IMG/VR virus record: IMGVR_UViG_3300027804_000053
Length of the DNA: 34,838 nt
Origin: a virus
Lineage: Duplodnaviria; Heunggongvirae; Uroviricota; Caudoviricetes
Strand: one strand, 5' to 3'
This document shows positions 1-7,600 of the stretch, piece by piece. The first letter of the stretch is position 1, and the number at the start of each line of letters is the position of its first letter. The position numbers and the translations under genes are program-made. Under the pieces are notes generated by a model, which saw nothing but the letters and a program-made list of their open reading frames with translations, made no database searches and was not told the origin of the DNA.

Positions 1-2
1 CA

Positions 3-3000
3 ACTGGAACAAGTGGAACTTCGGGTACTTCAGGTACAACTGGAACAAGTGGAACTTCGGGTACTTCAGGTACAACGGGAACATCAGGTACATCTGGCAC
101 ATCAGGCACAACAGGTACAAGTGGTACATCAGGAACATCAGGCACATCTGGCACAACAGGTACAAGTGGTACTTCAGGTACAAGTGGAACAACTGGAACA
201 AGTGGAACAACAGGTACCTCTGGCTCAAGTGGTACATCAGGTACGACAGGTACAAGTGGAACCTCCGGCACTAGTGGTACATCTGGTACGACGGGTACTA
301 GTGGAACGTCAGGAACATCCGGTACAACAGGTACTAGTGGTACTTCGGGAACATCTGGCACAACAGGTACTAGTGGAACATCAGGTACATCTGGCACAAC
401 AGGTACTAGCGGAACATCAGGTACATCAGGTTCATCAGGGACTAGCGGTACTGATGGAACTTCAGGAACAAGTGGAACATCAGGTACATCTGGAACCAGC
501 GGAACAACGGGAACATCCGGTTCAAGTGGTACTTCAGGTACAACTGGTACTTCAGGCACTTCAGGCACATCAGGAACAAGTGGCACTTCAGGTACAACTG
601 GTACTTCAGGTACGTCAGGAACCTCTGGAACAACGGGTACTAGTGGAACATCCGGGACAAGTGGTACTTCTGGTACGACGGGAACAAGTGGTACATCTGG
701 TACAACGGGAACAAGTGGTACTTCAGGAACAAGCGGAACTTCTGGAACAACGGGTACAAGTGGTACTTCAGGTACAACAGGTACAAGCGGAACTTCAGGT
801 ACAAGTGGAACAACAGGTACAAGTGGAACTTCAGGAACATCAGGTTCATCAGGTACAAGTGGAACTGATGGAACCTCGGGTACAAGTGGAACTTCAGGAA
901 CGTCAGGTTCTTCAGGAACAACTGGAACAAGTGGAACTTCGGGTACTTCAGGTACAACTGGAACAAGTGGAACTTCGGGTACTTCAGGTACAACGGGAAC
1001 AAGTGGAACTTCGGGTACTTCAGGTACAACGGGAACAAGTGGAACTTCGGGTACTTCAGGTACAACAGGAACAAGTGGTACATCAGGAACATCTGGTACA
1101 ACGGGTACCTCTGGCACAAGTGGAACTTCTGGTACAACTGGAACTAGCGGTACATCAGGTACTAGTGGAACATCGGGTACAACAGGTACAAGTGGAACTT
1201 CCGGTACTACAGGTACTAGCGGTACTTCTGGAACATCAGGTTCATCAGGAACTAGCGGTACAGATGGAACTTCCGGAACTTCAGGTACATCGGGTACTTC
1301 AGGTACAACTGGAACAAGTGGTACCAGCGGTACATCGGGTACAACTGGAACAAGTGGTACCAGCGGTACATCGGGTACAACAGGTACAAGTGGGACCAGC
1401 GGTACATCGGGTACAACAGGTACAAGTGGGACCAGCGGTACATCGGGTACAACAGGAACATCAGGTACAAGTGGAACTTCAGGCACTACAGGAACATCAG
1501 GTACCAGTGGTTCTTCAGGAACCTCGGGAACCTCAGGCTCTTCAGGGACAAGTGGAACTGACGGTACATCAGGTTCAAGTGGAACTTCGGGAACATCTGG
1601 TACTTCAGGTACAACCGGAACATCAGGTTCAAGTGGAACTTCAGGAACATCCGGAACGACTGGAACTAGCGGTACCTCAGGAACTTCAGGTACTACAGGT
1701 ACATCAGGTACAAGTGGAACTTCAGGAACTACTGGAACTTCAGGAACATCAGGCTCATCAGGAACAAGTGGAACTGACGGTACATCAGGTTCAAGTGGAA
1801 CTTCGGGAACATCTGGTACTTCAGGCACAACAGGAACAAGTGGTACATCAGGTACATCTGGCACAACTGGAACAAGTGGTACGTCAGGAACATCTGGTAC
1901 TTCTGGAACTACAGGAACTAGTGGAACATCAGGAACAAGTGGTTCATCGGGAACAAGTGGAACGGATGGTACATCGGGCACTTCAGGTACTTCAGGTACT
2001 TCAGGTACGTCAGGAACCTCTGGAACAACGGGCACTTCAGGAACCTCTGGAACAACGGGCACTTCAGGTACCTCAGGCACATCTGGAACCTCAGGAACAA
2101 CAGGTACTTCAGGTACATCTGGAACTTCAGGTACGACAGGAACAAGTGGTACGTCTGGTACAAGTGGTTCATCAGGAACAAGTGGTACTGATGGTACATC
2201 TGGAACTTCTGGTACATCGGGAACTTCTGGAACAACAGGTACAAGTGGTACTTCAGGTTCTTCAGGAACAAGTGGAACAACAGGAACAAGCGGTACTTCA
2301 GGTTCAAGTGGAACATCAGGTACTTCAGGAACAACTGGTACATCAGGTTCAAGTGGAACATCAGGTACATCTGGCACAACCGGAACTAGCGGTACTTCAG
2401 GTACATCGGGAACTTCTGGTACAACTGGTACAAGTGGTACTTCAGGAACTACGGGTACATCAGGTTCTTCAGGAACAAGTGGTACAGATGGTTCATCTGG
2501 AACCTCAGGGACAAGTGGTACATCAGGAACATCAGGTTCATCAGGTACGTCAGGTACAAGTGGAACGACTGGTACATCAGGTTCAAGTGGAACGTCTGGT
2601 ACAAGTGGAACATCAGGAACTTCAGGTTCAAGTGGAACGTCAGGTACAAGTGGAACGACTGGTACATCAGGTTCAAGTGGAACATCTGGTACAAGCGGAA
2701 CAACAGGTACTTCAGGAACATCAGGTACGAGCGGAACAACAGGTACTTCAGGAACATCAGGTTCAAGTGGAACATCAGGTACGTCAGGAACTAATGGTTC
2801 TTCAGGAACCTCAGGCACATCTGGTACAACAGGAACGTCAGGTTCAAGTGGAACGTCTGGAACAAGCGGAACAACAGGTACTTCTGGCTCATCAGGTACG
2901 TCAGGTACGAGTGGAACAACAGGTACTTCTGGGTCATCAGGTACGTCTGGCACTTCGGGTACAACAGGAACGTCAGGTTCATCTGGAACATCTGGTACAA

Positions 3001-3965
3001 GCGGAACTACAGGAACTTCAGGTTCATCCGGAACTTCTGGTACATCTGGAACTACAGGAACATCAGGTTCATCTGGAACATCTGGTACAAGCGGAACTAC
3101 AGGAACATCTGGTACATCAGGAACTACAGGAACCTCTGGCTCATCAGGTACGTCTGGTTCATCTGGTACAAGCGGAACTACAGGAACATCTGGTACATCT
3201 GGAACTAATGGTTCATCAGGTACTAGTGGAACTACAGGAACCTCTGGAACATCTGGGACTACGGGAACTTCTGGTTCTTCTGGAACATCTGGTACAAGCG
3301 GAACTACAGGAACCTCTGGTACATCCGGAACTAATGGTTCATCAGGTACTAGCGGAACATCAGGAACGACTGGTACAAGCGGAACGTCAGGAACAACAGG
3401 TACTTCGGGTACAACCGGTACTTCAGGTTCATCAGGAACATCTGGTTCATCAGGAACTACAGGAACCTCAGGTACTTCAGGTCTTGGAACGATTAACAAT
3501 AATGTAAACAACTACGTTCTAACAGCAACTGGAACAGCGGGAACTATCAATGGTGAAGCAAATTTACAATTCGACGGTACAACCTTATCAGTTACGGGCG
3601 ATGTTACGATTACAGGTTCACTAACAGCGGCGTCCAAGTCATTTGACATTCCTCACCCAACAAAAGAAGGATATAGATTAAGATACGGTGTGTTGGAAGG
3701 TCCTGAACACGGAGTTTACCACAGAGGTAAAGCTACAAGTGAAGTAATTGAATTACCTGACTATTGGAGTGAATTGGTAGACCTTGAAACAACAACAGTT
3801 CATCTAACACCTATCGGAAAGTCAAACGACCACTTCGTGGTGAAAGTTGAAGAGAACACAGTTGTGATTGGCTCTGAGACAGGTGAAATAAACGCTTACT
3901 TCATGGTTCAAGCTGAACGTAAAGATGTGGAAAAGGTCTTATTAGAGTACAAACCGAATAAATAA
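3..3965 (+). CDS. 5'-partial collagen-like (Gly-Thr/Ser-Ser/Thr)n fibre protein with globular C-terminal domain; putative tail/virion fibre
   Basis: Frame +3 reads act gga aca agt gga act tcg ggt... (T-G-T-S-G-T-S-G) from base 3 and runs without a stop into GLGTINNNVNNYVLTATG...KSFDIPHPTKEGYRLRYGVLEGPEHGVYHRG, ending at TAA 3963-3965. The track ORF 3690..3965 is only its C-terminus, because the first ATG/GTG in this frame is at 3690. The start lies upstream of the window. Confidence 0.88.
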   Translation, partial: TGTSGTSGTSGTTGTSGTSGTSGTTGTSGTSGTSGTTGTSGTSGTSGTSGTTGTSGTSGTSGTTGTSGTTGTSGSSGTSGTTGTSGTSGTSGTSGTTGTSGTSGTSGTTGTSGTSGTSGTTGTSGTSGTSGTTGTSGTSGTSGSSGTSGTDGTSGTSGTSGTSGTSGTTGTSGSSGTSGTTGTSGTSGTSGTSGTSGTTGTSGTSGTSGTTGTSGTSGTSGTSGTTGTSGTSGTTGTSGTSGTSGTSGTTGTSGTSGTTGTSGTSGTSGTTGTSGTSGTSGSSGTSGTDGTSGTSGTSGTSGSSGTTGTSGTSGTSGTTGTSGTSGTSGTTGTSGTSGTSGTTGTSGTSGTSGTTGTSGTSGTSGTTGTSGTSGTSGTTGTSGTSGTSGTSGTTGTSGTSGTTGTSGTSGTSGSSGTSGTDGTSGTSGTSGTSGTTGTSGTSGTSGTTGTSGTSGTSGTTGTSGTSGTSGTTGTSGTSGTSGTTGTSGTSGTSGTTGTSGTSGSSGTSGTSGSSGTSGTDGTSGSSGTSGTSGTSGTTGTSGSSGTSGTSGTTGTSGTSGTSGTTGTSGTSGTSGTTGTSGTSGSSGTSGTDGTSGSSGTSGTSGTSGTTGTSGTSGTSGTTGTSGTSGTSGTSGTTGTSGTSGTSGSSGTSGTDGTSGTSGTSGTSGTSGTSGTTGTSGTSGTTGTSGTSGTSGTSGTTGTSGTSGTSGTTGTSGTSGTSGSSGTSGTDGTSGTSGTSGTSGTTGTSGTSGSSGTSGTTGTSGTSGSSGTSGTSGTTGTSGSSGTSGTSGTTGTSGTSGTSGTSGTTGTSGTSGTTGTSGSSGTSGTDGSSGTSGTSGTSGTSGSSGTSGTSGTTGTSGSSGTSGTSGTSGTSGSSGTSGTSGTTGTSGSSGTSGTSGTTGTSGTSGTSGTTGTSGTSGSSGTSGTSGTNGSSGTSGTSGTTGTSGSSGTSGTSGTTGTSGSSGTSGTSGTTGTSGSSGTSGTSGTTGTSGSSGTSGTSGTTGTSGSSGTSGTSGTTGTSGSSGTSGTSGTTGTSGTSGTTGTSGSSGTSGSSGTSGTTGTSGTSGTNGSSGTSGTTGTSGTSGTTGTSGSSGTSGTSGTTGTSGTSGTNGSSGTSGTSGTTGTSGTSGTTGTSGTTGTSGSSGTSGSSGTTGTSGTSGLGTINNNVNNYVLTATGTAGTINGEANLQFDGTTLSVTGDVTITGSLTAASKSFDIPHPTKEGYRLRYGVLEGPEHGVYHRGKATSEVIELPDYWSELVDLETTTVHLTPIGKSNDHFVVKVEENTVVIGSETGEINAYFMVQAERKDVEKVLLEYKPNK
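6..3482 (+). repeat. 9-nt-period coding repeat (Gly-X-Y), about 386 triplets, with internal 36-nt tandem duplications
   Basis: Gly codons fall at 6+9k, and the phase is still kept at 3480 ((3480-6)/9=386). Near-exact 36-nt units occur at about 1-82, 919-1068 and 1307-1450. Confidence 0.92.
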
Positions 3966-3970
3966 AATTG

Positions 3971-4000
3971 AAAAGGGAAGTGAAAACTTCCCTTTTTTTT
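3971..4000. terminator. bidirectional intrinsic terminator between convergent genes
   Basis: AAAAGGGAAGT-GAAA-ACTTCCCTTTT(TTTT): 11-bp stem, GNRA loop, A-tract and T-tract flanks. It lies between stop 3965 (+) and stop 3999 (-). Confidence 0.85.
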
Positions 4001-4670
4001 ATCTATTATCTATGTAAATTATAATTTCAGTAAAAACATCTATGAACTCATCAGTCCAAAATTTTTCTTCTATGTTTAAACCATTCCAAGACCTTACTTT
4101 GAAATTTGGGAAAATCCTCAGGTAAGTGTCTCTGAAAATTTTAAATTTAGATTTTAATTCTGGTGTTCTTAGGTGCCATTCTCCTACAATTTTTCTAACA
4201 TTAGATTTTATCCAAAGTAAATTTTCAATATTGAAAATATCATATTCACCTCCCTCGCAATCAGTTTTTAAAAAATCGATTTTCGAAATATTGTAACTTG
4301 AAATTACAGATTTGAATGTGGTTGAGTATAGTTTATTATTATCTTGGTTTTCAAAAACGAATTCAAAATTGAATTCACCATCAACATTAGAGATACCTTT
4401 ATTAATTTGTGTAACAGGACCAAAGTTAGTATTCTTAACTAGTGTTATGAATTCAGCTAAAGATGGTTCAAACGCGAAGACATGAGAGGGATTTTTATTC
4501 AAAATAGAGAAAGTGAAAGGACCCAAACTTGCTCCTACATCGAAAACAACATCTCCTGGTTCAACCTCAAAGTATTTTTCATACAGATTATCTACAAAAA
4601 TTTCTTTGTAAACTGTTTGTTTAAAACCCTCATAACACTCGGGTTCCCAAATAAAATTTTCTAAATTCAT
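3999..4670 (-). CDS. FkbM-family SAM-dependent methyltransferase
   Basis: VVFDVGASLGPFT (SAM motif I), VFAFEPS, IDFLKTDCEGGEY. Confidence 0.85.
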   Translation of the reverse strand: MNLENFIWEPECYEGFKQTVYKEIFVDNLYEKYFEVEPGDVVFDVGASLGPFTFSILNKNPSHVFAFEPSLAEFITLVKNTNFGPVTQINKGISNVDGEFNFEFVFENQDNNKLYSTTFKSVISSYNISKIDFLKTDCEGGEYDIFNIENLLWIKSNVRKIVGEWHLRTPELKSKFKIFRDTYLRIFPNFKVRSWNGLNIEEKFWTDEFIDVFTEIIIYIDNR

Positions 4671-7600
4671 AATAAATGTTGTATTTGTTTGATTAACATG
4701 TCGGATGTGATTGATTTATGACATTCGAAATGTCTTTCAGTTCCTTTGTGTACAGGACACCAATCCCAGTCCCCTTTATCAAAAGTAAATTCGGGTTTAT
4801 TCCAACAACCATTACAAACTGATAAGTTTATTATTCTTGTACAGTTGGATTGAAATTCGTGGTCAGGAGTTGTAAAGTTACTAATCATTACAACATGTTT
4901 ACCCATTCCCCAAGCGAGCCAACTTAATCCACTCGACAATCCTATGAAAAATTCACTATGGTGTATAACATTCATGGTATTCTCCATTGAGGTGTCGGTA
5001 ATTCTAATTTGGTTTTCAAATGGGTTATTTTCTTTGGAAACGTTTACTACTTTATAACCGAGTGATGTTAGATAATTTATGGTTTCTTGCCAACCTTCTC
5101 TTGTCCAAAACTTACATCCTGCGGTAGAGTTTGTTGCTATTGTCACATACTTTTCCGCATATGGTCTTTCTTTAATCTCATAATGTATTTTTGGTTGAAT
5201 TTCTTTGTATTCCAAACCAAGAATGTCGGTTGCTGTCTGTTGTAAGGGGATAAGGTTTGGTTTTGTGGGTTGCATATCTACATTATAGAACCAACCAAGT
5301 TTATACATTCCGTGAATTCCATTGACAGTAGTCCCTGGATGTACAAACTTTAAATCGGGGTAAACAGATTCAAAAAGATGATTCCAAAAAGTTGAAACCA
5401 CTACTTCACAGTTATGAACTTTTCTGAATTCTTCTGCGTAAGGAACCCATGAAATTGTATCACCCAAGGATTTCGAGTCAAAAGCAATGTAAACACGTTT
5501 ACCTTCGTAATTTAAAGTGTTTTCATAAACTAAATTGTCATTTTCCCAAACCTTCGTGGTCCATCTTGTGAAATATTGTCTATTAAGTTTAACCCAACTG
5601 TTAATCGCAAGATGATTTTCATAATGTAAAACCCCTTTTTCATCAAAAAACTGAATTTTGAATTTGTTTTCACTTTTTCCTTTTATTTCTATGAAAGGTT
5701 GATTAATGAAATATTGGGTTACAGACAATTTTGTTTTAAAGTATTGTTCTCTTACAGGAAGGTCCAAAACCTTTTTATAAAAATCAGAATATTTGGAAGC
5801 AAAAATTTCTTCTTGTCCTTGTGGAGTTTTGTATTTAACATCTTCTTTGATAAGAGACAACAACTTTTCTTTTGTTGTTTCGATATTCTCATCAATTGGT
5901 TCGATGTATGGAGTAAACATATCCATATATTGTGGAAGGTTTCTACATAAAACCTTTAACCCATAGGATATTGCTTCTCTTAGAACGAGGGGGTTACATT
6001 CCCAAGTCGAGTTAAACATGAAAACATCCGCGGCTTTCATAAAAGTATCCACATCCGCACGTTCACCCCAAACTTTCACGTTCATCGGGAGATTTTTCAT
6101 GATTGGTCCCCAATAGTCTTTGAAATTGGACGCTTGGTTTCCAATAAAATGAAATACTATTTCGGGGTTTGTTTTTCTCAGAAGTCTGGCAATTTCAACA
6201 CCTTCCCCCTGATTTTTTCCTTTTGTCCAAAGTCCAACATTTATCACATGGATTTTGTCTTTTCCGAACCCTAACTCTCTTCTAGCGGCAATACGTTCTT
6301 CCTCTGTAAAGATTTTCTTTTCAATTGGGAATTCAATATTTTCACTATATGATGGAACATTTTTGAATGTAACATCTTTGTGATAAGGGGTACAGAATGC
6401 AAAGGCCTCAGGATAAAATATCTTGTGTTCCTCGTGGTTGAACCACACGTTATGGCAAGTTTCAACCATTTTCCATGTCCTATCATTACTATAAAGTTGA
6501 CTCATTATTTCAGGAGGCATTTGATTAAAAGAATCAAATCCTTCTATCATTTCTTGTACGTGGACAATATCTATTTCATTGCTTTTAATAATACGGATAA
6601 GTTCAGATTTATCGGGACCGAGAGTCCAGAAATTACCTCTATCAACAATGTCGATAATTTGATTTCTTTGAACAACATATGCGTCTCCATAACTCTGATA
6701 CTCTACGACGTAGATTTTAATTTCAGGGTAATACTGCTTTAATAATTGAATTTTTTTCAATAGGAACCCGGGCATTCCACCTGTGGATAAATGCGGGGCA
6801 ACAAATAGTAATCTCATTTTTTTGTTTGAATTAAATAAAATACATGATGGGTCATTCCAAGGTGCGGATTCTAATAGTTTATCCGCAATACTTGTATCCC
6901 CTAAATCGAAAACGAGTTCATTAATTAATTGTTCTGCGTTTTCGTAAGTTATTGTTTTTGGCGTTTCATAATGTCTATTAACAGAATAATAATAGTCCAT
7001 GTATTTGAAATCGCCGCCATTGATGTTATTTGAAAAATATATTCTTGAGTTTGGAATTCCATAAGCATCTGCGGCTATAAGACCGTGTAGACTTGATGAG
7101 ATTACAAATTCAACCTCTTTTAATTGGTCAACAAATTCATATAAACCCGCCGTAATGTTAATTATTTTAGCTCCCATCTCCTTTAACTTTTTAAGGCATT
7201 TTAAAGTCTCTGGGTGTCTAAAATCTATGTAGTGTGGAATTACTCCATACTTATATTTTTTCTCAATGTCGGGGTTGTATATTCTTGGAAACAAAAGTCC
7301 AGGGTCTCCATATACTTCGGGACATTCCCTGTTTACTTTCAAAAGTTCATTTCGTGTTAATGGTCCTCTGACAGCATAATATTTTTTTGGTGGGAGACCC
7401 ACTTCGTTTTCTTTGATACATCCCGAACCCCAAACATAATCTGTTGGTAGGGAATACATAAGGATACTTCCTGCGGCCAATAGTTTTCCTTCCAAGAAAG
7501 GAACTCTCGCGTCTGGGTCAAAATGAAACACATCTGAAGAATATATTTTTTGACCTGAAAAATGTTGAATAACTTTATGAGAAATTATATCACCCCAATT

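Noticed and set aside
442-3000. Minus-strand MYLMFLKYL-type ORFs
   Set aside because: These are antisense shadows of the same repeat with no independent coding signal.
1-3480. Possible CRISPR array or satellite DNA
   Set aside because: There is no constant repeat with unique spacers; variation is concentrated at third codon positions, as expected for protein coding.
3-3480. Ice-nucleation or antifreeze protein
   Set aside because: It lacks the InaZ 8/16/48-residue AGYGSTxT pattern; the strict 3-residue Gly period fits collagen or PPII better. Ice binding is not excluded but has no support here.
13-3507. 1164-aa V/Q/E/L-rich ORF in frame +1 from the track
   Set aside because: It is a shadow of the Gly-Thr-Ser repeat in frame +3. 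It stays open only because the repeat codons give no stops in that frame, and it ends right after the repeat while frame +3 continues into a globular domain.
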